64,000 bases of DNA from Nannocystales bacterium (lineage in GTDB: Bacteria > Myxococcota_A > Polyangia > Nannocystales > Nannocystaceae), in assembly GCA_050633305.1 (NCBI GenBank), contig JBOEGF010000021.1:32001-96000 (forward strand). The letters run 5' to 3'. Position 1 is the first letter of the stretch; the number at the start of each line of letters is the position of its first letter. The notes under the pieces were generated by a model, which ran no database searches, was not told where the DNA came from, and saw only the letters and a list, made by a program, of their open reading frames with translations. Positions 37,114-48,761 of this stretch are shown here, piece after piece. Made by a program: the position numbers and the translations under genes.

Positions 37114-37718
37114 GGGTCTCCCGCGTGGGTGCCCGCAACACCGGAGCTGCAGTCGGCACCTGCAGCCTTCGCGGCATCGAAGCTCGCTCGAATCAGGGGG
37201 GCGTAGCGGACGACGTCGTGACCGATCCGCTTCACGCGGTCGCGTACCTGATCGGACACGAGCGTATCGCCGTCGAAGTCGCCGGGCTTGCCGACGGCGT
37301 TGAACGGGAGCGTGAAGCCGTGGCACCAGCTGAAGCTGTTCTTCACCGAAGTGATCGACATGTCGCCGCCTCCGCCTCCTGTCGTCGCGATGACGCCTGC
37401 GAATTTTCCGGCAAGCTCGAGGTAGAGGAAGTCGAACCAGTTCTTCAGCGCTCCGCTCATGTTGCCGTGGTACTCGGGCGTGAGCAGGATGAAGCCGTCC
37501 GCCTCGGCAGCTTCGCGGCGCAGCTGTGCGACCGCAGGCAGCGTGGACTGCCCGGCGTCCTGCGTGCACATCACCGGAATGCTTCGCTCAGAGAGGTCGC
37601 ACCGGGTGACTTCAGCGCCGGCCTCCACGGCGGCAGCTTCCGCTTCGCTGGCCAGTGCAGCCAATCGCCCGCCGGGGGCGGTGGATCCCAACACGATGAT
37701 GATGCGCGGACGCTTCAC
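37110..37718 (-). CDS. NAD(P)H-dependent FMN reductase (flavodoxin-like)
   Basis: IIVLGST, EADGFILLTPEYHGNMSGALKNWFD, AGKFAGVI. Confidence 0.92.
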   Translation of the reverse strand: MKRPRIIIVLGSTAPGGRLAALASEAEAAAVEAGAEVTRCDLSERSIPVMCTQDAGQSTLPAVAQLRREAAEADGFILLTPEYHGNMSGALKNWFDFLYLELAGKFAGVIATTGGGGGDMSITSVKNSFSWCHGFTLPFNAVGKPGDFDGDTLVSDQVRDRVKRIGHDVVRYAPLIRASFDAAKAAGADCSSGVAGTHAGDP

Positions 37719-37777
37719 GGCGCGATGGTAGCGTTTCTGGCTTCGGCGCCAAGCCGTCGGGGGTTACGCTGGCGGTC

Positions 37778-38488
37778 GTGGAGGTCTACGTTGGCACCAG
37801 CGGCTACCAGTACGACTTTTGGCGGGGAAGCCTCTATCCCGAGAAGTGCAAGAAGGAAGACATGCTCGCGGCCTACGCGGAGCACTTCCGGACCGTCGAG
37901 GTCAACAACACCTTCTACCGGATGCCCAAGCGGGAGGTCGTTCAGCGGTGGGCTGACGCGACACCCGACGACTTCCGGTTCGTCATCAAGGCTTCAAAGA
38001 GGATCACACACAAGGACCCTCTGACCGACGCGGACAGTTTGGCCTACCTGTTCAGAGTGCTCGAGCCCCTGGGCGACAAACTGGGAGCGGTGCTGTTCCA
38101 GCTTCCCCCGTACCTGCGCAAGGGCGTCGACCGTCTCGCTGCGTTCCTCGGGATGCTCCCCGCCGATGCTCCGGCGGTGCTCGAGTTCCGTCACGTGAGC
38201 TGGTTCTGCGAGGAGGTCTACGACGCGCTGCGTTCGGGTCCGGCGGCGATGAGTCTCGGAGACTTCGAGGGCAAAGGCGGAGATGCGTTGTCCGAGGGTC
38301 GAATGCCCAACGTCGCAACGGCTCCGTGGGGGTACGCACGGCTTCGCGAGGACGACTACGACGCGGCAGGACTCGAGACCTGGTCGACCGCGCTGTCCCT
38401 GGAGTGGGAGCGTCTCTTCGTGTTCTTCAAGCACGAGGAGACCGCGCCGTCGAACGCCAAGGCCTTTGCGGGCCTGTTTTCTGCGTAG
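37778..38488 (+). CDS. DUF72 (YecE-like) protein
   Basis: YVGTSGYQY, TVEVNNTFYRMP, FRFVIKASKRITH, LFQLPP, EFRH. Confidence 0.93.
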   Translation: MEVYVGTSGYQYDFWRGSLYPEKCKKEDMLAAYAEHFRTVEVNNTFYRMPKREVVQRWADATPDDFRFVIKASKRITHKDPLTDADSLAYLFRVLEPLGDKLGAVLFQLPPYLRKGVDRLAAFLGMLPADAPAVLEFRHVSWFCEEVYDALRSGPAAMSLGDFEGKGGDALSEGRMPNVATAPWGYARLREDDYDAAGLETWSTALSLEWERLFVFFKHEETAPSNAKAFAGLFSA

Positions 38489-38561
38489 TGTCCCAACCCA
38501 CGGGGCGGCGGTCAGCGCGACTGGTCGTATCCCAACTCGTTGCTACACTCCGCCCGCTCGC

Positions 38562-38864
38562 ATGCCCACCCACTACAAGGCACACACCTTTCAAGCGTCC
38601 GACACGTGGGAGACGGTCGACACGTACTGGAGCAGCCCTTTGTCATATTGGGCCATGAAGAGCATGCGGGTCGAGCCTGCGGTGCGGCTGAGGGTGGTCG
38701 TCCTGCGCCGCGAGGTCGCCGCCTCGGACGAAGGCTGGATCAACTACGGGGGCCTCAGTGCGGTGCTTGTCCAGTCTGTTCAGGCTCGGGGGCGCGCCGG
38801 ACAGAAGATCCGTGCCATCATCAACGACGGTACGATCGACGAAGATGGCGAGATTCGTGACTGA
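38562..38864 (+). CDS. Small hypothetical protein
   Basis: TACACT upstream, host-like codon use, TGATG coupling to the next gene. Confidence 0.55.
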   Translation: MPTHYKAHTFQASDTWETVDTYWSSPLSYWAMKSMRVEPAVRLRVVVLRREVAASDEGWINYGGLSAVLVQSVQARGRAGQKIRAIINDGTIDEDGEIRD

Positions 38865-40344
38865 TGACTGACAGGTCCCTGCTGCGGTGGTGCATGGGCG
38901 CGGGGCTCCTGGTATGCGCCGGCTGCTTCGACGGCCGAGACGCACTCGGGCTGCCGTGCGAGAAGGACTTCCAGTGCGGCAACGGCCAGGTCTGCGCCAG
39001 TGGTGTGTGCGCATGGCCGGGCGATGTCATGGGCAGTGACTCGACGACAGAGGCGACAGAGGCGACAGAGGCGACAGAGGCGACAGAGGCGACAGAGGCC
39101 ACCACGTCCGCGTCATCTGGCACGACGAGTTCGTCAAGCACCACCACCACGGGGGGACCAGGGCCGAACTCTTCCTGTCTCGACGGAGGGAAGTTCATCA
39201 GCCGGGAGATCTCGATCGACGGGTCAGGAAATCCGATGTCGGTCGCCGCCGGGCGTTTCTCGATGGACGACGAGACGGACGTTGCGGTGTTGACTCGGTC
39301 CCCGGCTCGACTCTCGGTTTTTCGCTTCGATGGCGCGTCCTTTCAGCTTCTCAATGACGCCGACATCGGCATCCAGCCGATGGACCTCGCGGTGGGGTCG
39401 CTTGATGACGATGCGTTCGATGATGTCGTCGTCGTAGACGGAGGCGACGATCTCGCCCACGTCACGTTGTTCTGGGGAGCTCCGGCGGGGTTGTTCTCCG
39501 AGGTGCAGACGTCGTTCGACCAGAGCATCGCGTTTCCGTATAGCGTCGGGATTGGTCGCATGTTGGCCGCTGGCGGCCCTCAGTTCGTCGTCTCGAGTGG
39601 AACGTCCGGGAACGGAAGCGTGCTGTTCAGAATGGTTGGGCGGCAGCCGGAACGCGTCTCGACCTCCGTCGGCGTGTCGCCGTCTCCGTGGGACACCGTG
39701 TTGGTCGACCTCGATGGTGCGGATCCGCTGGAGGCGCTTGTTGTCGGCTCGAATGACGCAGGTCTGGATGCTGGGTCGTTTCCTGGCAGTGACCACGTCC
39801 ATCTGTTCGAGGGCTCCGGGGGAGCGCTCTCCCGCTTTCAAGCGTTGGACGCTGCCCACAGCCCCTTCGGCGTCGATGCCGGCGATCTCGATGGAGATGG
39901 CATCCCCGAGGTACTCGTCGTGGGCAAGAACATCGACATGCCCGCCGAGGTGCCGGAGAAGTCGAACAATCCCAGCGAGATTAGTATCTGCTCTCGCGAC
40001 AGCTTCGAGGAAGCGCTGGTCTGCGAGACGTGGGAGCCTGGTCCGGACCACATCGGGTATAGCAACGTTCGTCTTGCGGACCTCGACGCCGACGGGGAAC
40101 TCGATGCTGTGATTGGGACGTCGGGCGGCACGGAACCCTTGGACGGACAGCTCCTCGTGGCGTGGGGTCCCCTCTCACCCGACTTTGTGCCAGTGGAACT
40201 CGCCGACACGGGCTCGATCGGAAACAAGATGGCCATCGCCGATGTGACCGGCAATGGCGCGCTCGACATCGTCGTCCCTCTGTACGGTTCGGAGGGCGGC
40301 ACTCAGGGGATTGTCCGCGTCTACTCGTGCGAGGAGGAGCGCTC

Positions 40345-40348
<4 letters not shown>
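38864..40348 (+). CDS. FG-GAP/VCBS-repeat lipoprotein with a small Cys-rich domain
   Basis: Lipobox CAGC; GLPCEKDFQCGNGQVCASGVC; DLDGDGIPEV, DLDADGELDA, DVTGNGALDIV. Confidence 0.85.
39046..39099 (+). repeat. Six perfect copies of 9-bp GACAGAGGC (TEA)
   Basis: Read directly; in-frame linker repeat. Confidence 0.95.
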
Positions 40349-41226
<878 letters not shown>

Positions 41227-41241
41227 CGCCTGGCCGGCTCG

Positions 41242-42699
41242 CTAGGTGCCGTCGCCTGGCGCCTGATCGAACACACCGCGGAAGACTCCATCCTCGTCGG
41301 GCTTGGGACCACTGTGCTTCTTCTTGGCACGTTGCCGCTTCGCCGACGGCACGCTGCCGCTTCGCGCCCCCTTCGTGTTCGGCTCACTCGGTTTGGGCGC
41401 CGGGGCTGGCTGGGCAACCGGGGCGGGGCTGCGCACGCTCGGCGCGGTGGCTGGCTGGGGCTGCACCGGGGGAGAGGGGGCACGAACCGGAGGGACCGGA
41501 GCCGGGATAGGGGGGACCGCCTCCGGGGCGGAGGGGACCGTGGGGTTTGGGACCGTGGTCGGTTGGGACCAGGCGGCGTACAGCGCGGCCAGAACGCCAA
41601 GGCCGACGAGCGTGGACACGAGCGCAACGACAACCCCGCGACGATCCGGCTGTGGCGTGGACTCTGGTGCGGCTTGGGGGTCCACAAGGCGTGCGGTGAA
41701 CTCGGGGACCAACCCTGGGACGGTGGGGCGGGACGCCTCCGTCGTCATGCCCGGAGGAGCGACGGGCACATGTCCCGGTGCGAGGGCTGTGCGTTTGTTG
41801 GGTCGTCCTGCGGCTCGCGCCAACGCGGAGATTAACTCCTCCATTGACCGAAAACGGTCATCGGGGTCCTTGGCCAAGCAGCGCTCGATGGTCCGCGCGA
41901 GCCCCGGTGGAAGCGTGCTGGGGAGGGGGGGCGGCTTGCGATACAGGTGCGCTTCGAGTCGTTCGAAGAGTTCTCCCTCGAAGACCCGACGCCCGGTGAG
42001 GAGCTCGTGCGCGACACAGCCGAGCGCGTAGATGTCTGCCCGACCATCGGCGGGCTTTCCTCGGATTTGTTCGGGGGACATGTACCCCGGTGTTCCGAAA
42101 ACGCTTCCCGTTGCGGTCAGTTTGGCGGTGCGGGAATCGAGCGTGGTACGGCCCGCGATCCCGAAGTCTATGACGGTGGCGTGCTCGGGCGGGCCCGGGC
42201 TGACAAACACGTTCTCGGGTTTGAGGTCTCGGTGGACCACGCCTTTACGGTGCGCTTCCGCGAGCGCGTCCGCGATCTGCTGGACCAGCGACACGGCGCG
42301 CGGCCAGGGAAGCGCTCCATCATCCCGGACGACCTGCTGCAGCGTTTGCCCCGAGAGGAGGCTCATCGCGAGGAACGGAACTCCGGTGGGCAGCTCGCCA
42401 AAATCCGTGATGTCGATGACCCCGGGGTGCTGGATGGTCGCGACAACCTGGGCTTCGCGCAGGAAGCGTGCGCGCTGTCGGTTGGTGGCGAGCTCGGCGG
42501 CGCGGAGCAGCTTCAGCGCCATTGGCCGGCGCAACGCGATGTGCTCCGTCTGCCAGACTTCGCCCATGCCCCCCACCCCGAGGAGCTTCACGAGCTTGTA
42601 GCGCCCATCGACCAGGTCCCCGGCCCGCAGGGAAGGTGTCTCGACAGTGGTCGACACGCCCTCCCCAGGCAGGGTGTCGTCGTCAGAGCCCGAGGCCAC
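41242..42699 (-). CDS. Membrane Ser/Thr protein kinase (Pkn2-like)
   Basis: LGVGGMGEVW, ALK, HRDLKPEN, DFG, GTPGYMSPE; TM; Pro-rich tail. Confidence 0.95.
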   Translation of the reverse strand: MASGSDDDTLPGEGVSTTVETPSLRAGDLVDGRYKLVKLLGVGGMGEVWQTEHIALRRPMALKLLRAAELATNRQRARFLREAQVVATIQHPGVIDITDFGELPTGVPFLAMSLLSGQTLQQVVRDDGALPWPRAVSLVQQIADALAEAHRKGVVHRDLKPENVFVSPGPPEHATVIDFGIAGRTTLDSRTAKLTATGSVFGTPGYMSPEQIRGKPADGRADIYALGCVAHELLTGRRVFEGELFERLEAHLYRKPPPLPSTLPPGLARTIERCLAKDPDDRFRSMEELISALARAAGRPNKRTALAPGHVPVAPPGMTTEASRPTVPGLVPEFTARLVDPQAAPESTPQPDRRGVVVALVSTLVGLGVLAALYAAWSQPTTVPNPTVPSAPEAVPPIPAPVPPVRAPSPPVQPQPATAPSVRSPAPVAQPAPAPKPSEPNTKGARSGSVPSAKRQRAKKKHSGPKPDEDGVFRGVFDQAPGDGT

Positions 42700-42765
42700 G
42701 GATCAAGGGTAGCGGCATGCCCGCCGCCACGCACATCCGTGAGTCTCGGTGCGACTCCAAGGGGC

Positions 42766-43521
42766 TCAGATATGCGCCGAAGCGCACTCGTCGAGTTCCT
42801 TGAGGGTGTTCGACTTGTTCACGCATTCGAGTTCGGCCTTGGTGCCTTGATCCACGCACGAGGACACCACGTCGTCCCGAACCTCTTCGAGGACCTCTTT
42901 GACGTGCTCGGCGTGCTCGGCCGCGTCCTCCATGGACAGCTTCTCGAACTTGTCGAACAGGGTGGTGCACTGCTCCTTTGTGAGCCCGTCCCCATGGGGT
43001 TTGGCGTGAAGCTGCTCCTCGGCTTCGGCTTCCGCATCGTCGCAGATCTTGACGTCTGCGGCGTCGGTCGATTCCATCACGCACTTCGCCCACTCGCCGT
43101 AGAGCTCAGGCCCGATCAGTACGATGTGGTGCTCCGACTGGGAGACGCAGGACTTCTCGTCGTCGACGCTGCCCAGCTCCTTCATCTTCTTGCACAGGGC
43201 CTGCACCGAAGGGAGCTTCTCCGCATGGTGGGAGAGGTCGCGCAATGCCTCGCCGTCGATCGCCTCGTCGGCCTCGAGGGCCGCGGCAGAGCGAGCGAGC
43301 ACGCCGGACTTGTCGTGGCTGATGTCGAAGTGCTTCTCGGCTTTCTTGCCGTCGGCTTTCTTGCCGTCGGCTTTCTTGCCGTCGGCCTTCTTGCCGTCGG
43401 CCTTCTTATCGTCGGCCTTCTTATCGTCGGCCTTCTTATCGTCGGCCTTCTTGGCAGGCTCGGACTCGCAGGCGCAAAGGAGTCCAGCACACAGTAGAAG
43501 AGACAGGCGTAGGACGCTCAC
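42766..43521 (-). CDS. Lipoprotein with KKAD(D/G) repeats and Cys-spaced helical domains
   Basis: Lipobox LCAC; repeats; C...CV...C patterns; TATGGT 7 nt before GTG 43521. Confidence 0.78.
   Translation of the reverse strand: MSVLRLSLLLCAGLLCACESEPAKKADDKKADDKKADDKKADGKKADGKKADGKKADGKKAEKHFDISHDKSGVLARSAAALEADEAIDGEALRDLSHHAEKLPSVQALCKKMKELGSVDDEKSCVSQSEHHIVLIGPELYGEWAKCVMESTDAADVKICDDAEAEAEEQLHAKPHGDGLTKEQCTTLFDKFEKLSMEDAAEHAEHVKEVLEEVRDDVVSSCVDQGTKAELECVNKSNTLKELDECASAHI
43337..43452 (-). repeat. 15-bp tandem repeat, about 7.5 copies (KKADD x3, KKADG x4)
   Basis: Read directly. Confidence 0.92.
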
Positions 43522-43609
43522 GCCGCACACCATAGCAAGGCCGAAAATGAAAAAGCCGGCGCGGTCACAAAGGACCGAGCGCCGGCTCGTTCAGCGGGGG
43601 AGTCTGCCT

Positions 43610-44104
43610 CTAGTTGGCCGACTCTTCTTTTTTCTTCTCGGGCTCTTGGTACCAAGCGAGCGGCTCGATGAGCTCGTCGAGCTTGTCGAAGTCGACCTTG
43701 ACGCCCTTCTCGGAGAACCAGAGCTCGTTGTTGGTCAACGGAGTGCGACGCTGCGCGATGAAGAGGATCGGCTCTGCCTTGCGGGAGTAGCCGAGCTGCA
43801 CGATCGCGTTCTCGATCCACTTGCCCGAGTCACCGAAGGTGAACTCTTTGCGGAGCCGGTAGAACCCCTCGTGCTTCAGCTTCACCAGGGACTCGCCCCA
43901 GCCAAGTGAGGTGCTGGGAATTTTCACGCCCGGCATCTGGAAGCGCCATTGGTTGTTGACGTTGTTGACGGGCAACAGCACCGAGGCGGGAGCGAACTCG
44001 CCGTCGGTCCGGATGAGCACGAGCAGGTCGGGAGCGATCTGGGCCTCGTGTCCGGGCAGGTATTGCGTCGTCTTATAGATTCCGGGCGAGTACTCGAACG
44101 CCAT
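43610..44104 (-). CDS. Hypothetical protein
   Basis: Strong GC3 bias, protein-like composition from MAFEYSPG; no family recognised. Confidence 0.7.
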   Translation of the reverse strand: MAFEYSPGIYKTTQYLPGHEAQIAPDLLVLIRTDGEFAPASVLLPVNNVNNQWRFQMPGVKIPSTSLGWGESLVKLKHEGFYRLRKEFTFGDSGKWIENAIVQLGYSRKAEPILFIAQRRTPLTNNELWFSEKGVKVDFDKLDELIEPLAWYQEPEKKKEESAN

Positions 44105-44421
44105 GAGGGCCGGACCGTAGCCCAGCTCGCGCCGCGAGGGAACCACGGTGTTTGCACATCCGTGTCAGGCGGAATGGTTGTGAGAATGGACACGTGTGCA
44201 AGAGGCGGGCTTCGAAAGCGACGGTTCGCAGGCGCGGGCGGCTGACGGCGGGAGGAGCGGTCGCCCGCGACTTGTTCACACCAGCGGCAGATGGGCCCTC
44301 AAACAATCGGGATTCAAGCGTTTTCCCGCCCTCGACCCAACGTCGACGAAAAAAGTGAGCCCACACTGAGACAGAACTGCCCAGTGCGGTGACTGGACGT
44401 CGGGATGCAAGGAGACGGTCA

Positions 44422-46749
44422 GTGAACGGACGCATGCTTCGAGCGAGTTTCACCGCGGCGACCTTGATGGCGCTGCCAGGTTGCTACGAGTCGGTCGAGG
44501 TCGCTGATGCCGATGGCACCAGCGGTGGCATCGACATTGATGACGGGGAGTCGGGCGACGGCGGCGAGTCCGGGGGGGGAGTCGGCCTCGATGGCCCGGG
44601 GACGTGTCAGGAGACCAAGGCCTTCTTCCGCGAGGAAGTGTGGGCGCCCTTCATGTCCAGCCAGTGCTTCGCGTGCCACAACCCTCTGGGGCAGGCGAAG
44701 TACACGGATCTGGTCTTGCGAGCGAACGACGTGCCAGGGCACGCGGAGACCAACATCGCAGCGCTCCGCCATATCTCCCGGTTGGAGTTGGGTGGCGAGT
44801 CGTTGTTGCTGGTCAAGGCGCGTGGCGAGGACGCTCACGGTGGCGGTCCGCAGCTCATCGAAGGCGGTGAGGAGTACGAGGCTCTCAAGGAACTCCTCGC
44901 GCAGCTCGAGGAGGGGCCGACGGTGTGCGCCGACGATGCCGACGTGTTCGCGTACTTCCAAGGCGTCGAACTCATGGAGGCGTACGAAACCCTCCGACGG
45001 GTCACGTTTGCGATGGCTTCTCGGCTTCCGACAGAACTCGAGGTTTCGTTGGTGGACGAGGTCGGGCACGAGGCGATGGAGCCGATCATCGCCGCCATCG
45101 TTCAGCAAGACGCTGGGTTTGCCGCGCGTCTGCTGGAGATGTTCAACCAGACCCTGCTGACCGAGAAGTTCATCGGCGGGACCAAGGCCCTGGACTTGCT
45201 CTCCGTTGACGATTGGCCGACCAAGAACTGGTACGACGCGATCGCGGATGACACCCTCCGCAACCAAGCTCGCAGCCGAAGCAACACGGCGCTGGCGCGG
45301 GAGCCTCTGGAGCTCATTCGGTACATCGTCCGCAATGGCCGACCGATGACCGAGATCGTGGATGCGTCCTATACGGTCGCAAACCCCTACCTTGCGCAGG
45401 TGTATGGACTCGACACGGCCGGCTTCGTCGACCTCGAGGACGAAGACGACTGGAAGCTCTTCAGCATCGAGGAATTCCCCCACGCAGGCGTGCTGACGAC
45501 GCCAGCCTATCTCGGTCGTTACCCGACAACCGACACCAACCGGAACAGGCAGCGTGCCAAGAAGACCCTGGAGTTCTTCTTGGCCACCGACGTGATGAGT
45601 TTGGGTGCAAGGCCGATTGCAACCGATGCGGTGGCCGAGCACAACCCGACCCTCAACAATCCGCAGTGCACGAGCTGCCACGAGATCATGGACCCCGTCG
45701 CGGGGGCTTTCCTGAACTGGAACGACATCGGTCGCTACCGTCCACAGGAAGCATGGTTTCAAGACATGCTCGCTCCGGGCCTGGGCGAAGCGGTCATGCC
45801 CGCGGAGGACTACGGCCACGGTTTGCAGTGGCTGGGGCAGCGAATCTCGGACGACGTCCGTTTCTCGCGGGCCATGGTCGACATGGTCTTCTACGGGTTG
45901 ACCGGGCAAGAGGCCCTTCGGGAGCCGACCGACCCCAGCTCGCCCGTCTACCCCGCGGAACTCAACGCGTTCCATGTTCAAGACCGCGTGTTCTCAGACA
46001 TCGCGGACGCCTTTGTCGACGAGGGGTACGACTACGTCACCTTGGTCACGCTCCTGGTCGATAGCGGCTACTTCCGGGCGAAGAACGTCGAAGCTGGAGC
46101 GGACGAGCTTCGTCAGGCCGAGCTCGCACCGTTGGGCGGTCTGCGGTTGGTGTCGCCAGAGCAGTTCCACCGAAGGCTCGCATCCGTGACGGGATACAGC
46201 TGGCTCGATGCGGGGGGCGGCGCGCTGCTGACCCGGGGGCGCCCCATGCACCTGATGTTTGGCGGGACGAACTCGGACAGCGTCGTAGAGCCCTATGAGC
46301 AGGTCAACGGCGTCATGTCGAACATCGTCACTCGGATGGCCAACGAGATGGCATGCCGAGCGACGGCTGCTGACTTCGCCCTGGCCGCCGATCAGCGGCT
46401 GCTGTTTCCGCACGTGGAGATGACCGCAATCCCAGGGATCGACGACGCGGCGATCGAGGCCAACATCTTGTACCTGCACGAGCGAATCCTGGGCGAGAGG
46501 ATTACGGCTGACGACCCCCGGTTCGCCGACACGCTCTTCTTGTTCGAGAACGTACACGCCGATGGGCTGTCGGGGATGGCCGTGGGCGAGTACCCCGCCA
46601 CGCTGATCGGACCCTGCCAGCGCACGACGCATCCGCAGACCGGCGACCCACTCGAGACTCCGATCCTGGACGACTCCGACTACACCGCCCGCGCCTGGAT
46701 GGCCGTCATCTCGGCCATGCTCGGCGACTTCCAGTTCATCTACGAATAG
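44422..46749 (+). CDS. Lipoprotein with two CxxCH motifs, DUF1588/DUF1592-like
   Basis: AAGGAG RBS; lipobox LPGC; CFACH and CTSCH; HAGVLTTPAYL, CHEIMDP. Confidence 0.8.
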   Translation: MNGRMLRASFTAATLMALPGCYESVEVADADGTSGGIDIDDGESGDGGESGGGVGLDGPGTCQETKAFFREEVWAPFMSSQCFACHNPLGQAKYTDLVLRANDVPGHAETNIAALRHISRLELGGESLLLVKARGEDAHGGGPQLIEGGEEYEALKELLAQLEEGPTVCADDADVFAYFQGVELMEAYETLRRVTFAMASRLPTELEVSLVDEVGHEAMEPIIAAIVQQDAGFAARLLEMFNQTLLTEKFIGGTKALDLLSVDDWPTKNWYDAIADDTLRNQARSRSNTALAREPLELIRYIVRNGRPMTEIVDASYTVANPYLAQVYGLDTAGFVDLEDEDDWKLFSIEEFPHAGVLTTPAYLGRYPTTDTNRNRQRAKKTLEFFLATDVMSLGARPIATDAVAEHNPTLNNPQCTSCHEIMDPVAGAFLNWNDIGRYRPQEAWFQDMLAPGLGEAVMPAEDYGHGLQWLGQRISDDVRFSRAMVDMVFYGLTGQEALREPTDPSSPVYPAELNAFHVQDRVFSDIADAFVDEGYDYVTLVTLLVDSGYFRAKNVEAGADELRQAELAPLGGLRLVSPEQFHRRLASVTGYSWLDAGGGALLTRGRPMHLMFGGTNSDSVVEPYEQVNGVMSNIVTRMANEMACRATAADFALAADQRLLFPHVEMTAIPGIDDAAIEANILYLHERILGERITADDPRFADTLFLFENVHADGLSGMAVGEYPATLIGPCQRTTHPQTGDPLETPILDDSDYTARAWMAVISAMLGDFQFIYE

Positions 46750-46773
46750 GCCCCCACACAACGGAGAACGACG

Positions 46774-48039
46774 ATGAAACGACGTAACTTCTTCTCTTGG
46801 ATGGCAGGCGCAGGCCTGTGTGCTGCAGGCCTTGGACGTGGAGCGAGCGCGGGCTTGGGCGCGGGGCAGTCCCCCCAAACCGGCGCGTACGAGGGACCGT
46901 TCTTCGTGTCCTTTGCTGCCGACGGCGGATGGGATCCGACGGGATTTTGTGACCCGCATACGAACCTCCACCGTGGGTACGACGACAGTGGGATCGTCTC
47001 GCTCGGCGGCATTCGTTATGCCAACGTGGGTGACAACGCGGCATTCTTCGAACGGTTCGCGGATAAGCTGCTCATCGTCAATGGTCTCGACCTGACGACC
47101 AACAACCACGCGGTCGGACGTCGCTACGTCAGCACCGGGAAACAGGATGAAACGCACCCGCACTGGGCGGCCCTCGCGGCTGGGACTCACGGCCCCGAAC
47201 TCCCGCTCGCCTATGTCGCGGAGGCATCCCAGAGCGCATCCGAAGGGGTGGTCGCCCGAAGCCGAGTGTCGAACAGCAGCGTGCTCGCCGACCTCTCCTT
47301 CCCCGACCGCGTCAACCCGTCGAACCTCGAGGACCTCTCCACGTATCAGACCGAGCCCGCGCTCGACATGATCTCGCAGTGGCGGGGGTCTCGGCTCGAC
47401 CGCACAGCCCGGGAGCAGCATCTCCCGCGGATCGCGAACGCGGCACAGAACCTCTCCACCGCGCGTCTGGGCTCCAGCGAACTCGAACTACTCGCGGAGT
47501 ACCTGCCCGAGGCGCTCTCGAGTACGGGGATTCGCCAGCAGATGCAGGTTGCGCTTGCAGCCTACGCGGCGGGCATTGCGGTGTCGGCGACCTTCAGCAT
47601 GGGTGGCTTCGACACGCACGACAACAACGACGCTCGCCAAGACAGTGCTCGCGCCAGCTTTCTGGGCGCGATCATGGAGTTCTGGGATGAGGCAGAACGC
47701 CTGGGGGTCTCGGATCGCATCGTCCTGTCCGTCGGATCCGACTTCGGACGAACCAACAGGTACAACGGCGCGAACGGCAAGGATCACTGGCCTGTCACGA
47801 GCATGATGCTGATGGGCCAGGGCATCGAGGGGAACCGAACCGTCGGCGCGACCGACGATGATCAATACGCGCTCCGTGTCGACCCCAAGACGCTCGAGCT
47901 CTCCGACGATGGGGTCACGCTGACGCCCGCGCACGTGCATGCCGAGCTGCGGAAACTATCGGGCGTCTCGTCGGAGCTCCGGGCTCGGTTCCCCCTGCCG
48001 ACCGATCCCCTCGAAGGACGCATTCTGGGATCCGTCTGA
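46774..48039 (+). CDS. Tat-exported DUF1501-family protein
   Basis: MKRRNFF twin-arginine signal; GGWDP, GGFDTH, SDFGRT, KDHWP. Confidence 0.88.
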   Translation: MKRRNFFSWMAGAGLCAAGLGRGASAGLGAGQSPQTGAYEGPFFVSFAADGGWDPTGFCDPHTNLHRGYDDSGIVSLGGIRYANVGDNAAFFERFADKLLIVNGLDLTTNNHAVGRRYVSTGKQDETHPHWAALAAGTHGPELPLAYVAEASQSASEGVVARSRVSNSSVLADLSFPDRVNPSNLEDLSTYQTEPALDMISQWRGSRLDRTAREQHLPRIANAAQNLSTARLGSSELELLAEYLPEALSSTGIRQQMQVALAAYAAGIAVSATFSMGGFDTHDNNDARQDSARASFLGAIMEFWDEAERLGVSDRIVLSVGSDFGRTNRYNGANGKDHWPVTSMMLMGQGIEGNRTVGATDDDQYALRVDPKTLELSDDGVTLTPAHVHAELRKLSGVSSELRARFPLPTDPLEGRILGSV

Positions 48040-48080
48040 CCGCAGGCCGTCGTTGCTCGTCGGTCACTGCTGCTAGGACA

Positions 48081-48761
48081 CTAGAAACGAGCGCCGCGCC
48101 CTGGAGTCCAGGCCGTGGCGTTTTCTCGTTTTCCCACGCCGCTGACCAAGATGAGGCGGACGACTCCAGCGGTGATAGCAGCGGTCGCGAGCACCCCGCA
48201 GACCACCGCCCCAGTCCGAGTCTTTCCGGATCGCTCGACCTTGCGTGCGTACTGAGCCTCGAGGTCTGCATCCTCGGCGAGCCGACGTTGTTGGGCGCTG
48301 TCAGCCGCCAAAACCAGCGTTGCGATTCCGGCGGCACCACCCACGGTGACCAGGGTCAGCCCGAGCCCGTCGCTTCGCCAACGCTCCGAGCGTTTGAGTG
48401 TGGAGTCGGGAGCGGGTGTTGGGTCCACCGCGGCAGGTGGAGGAGGTTGCTCGGTCTGCTCGAGGTCCTCTCCGCACCGCAGGGCGTTCTTTGCGGCCGC
48501 GTCTTTGGCCGCATCAGAGACCGGGAGCGCCGCGTATTCTCGGTACAGCGTGACCGCCCGAGTACAGTTGCCAGCACGCCGTTCCGACTGCGCCCATCCG
48601 TAGAGGTAGTCCGGGTTGGGGTCGGCTTCGTACGCGGCGGCATAGGCGGCGCTCGCTTCGGCATAGTCGCCGAGGGTGTAGAGGTCGAGCGCACGTTGTG
48701 CCTCGTCTTCCGCGGCGCCGGGGCTGAGCAGGGCCAGCACGAGTGCGAATGCGGGTGTCAT
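48081..48761 (-). CDS. Exported TPR protein with Pro linker, hydrophobic hairpin and C-terminal ARF
   Basis: ATGA-coupled to the kinase; LYTLGDYAEASAAYAAAY...YLYGWAQSERRAGNCTRA. Confidence 0.8.
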   Translation of the reverse strand: MTPAFALVLALLSPGAAEDEAQRALDLYTLGDYAEASAAYAAAYEADPNPDYLYGWAQSERRAGNCTRAVTLYREYAALPVSDAAKDAAAKNALRCGEDLEQTEQPPPPAAVDPTPAPDSTLKRSERWRSDGLGLTLVTVGGAAGIATLVLAADSAQQRRLAEDADLEAQYARKVERSGKTRTGAVVCGVLATAAITAGVVRLILVSGVGKRENATAWTPGRGARF

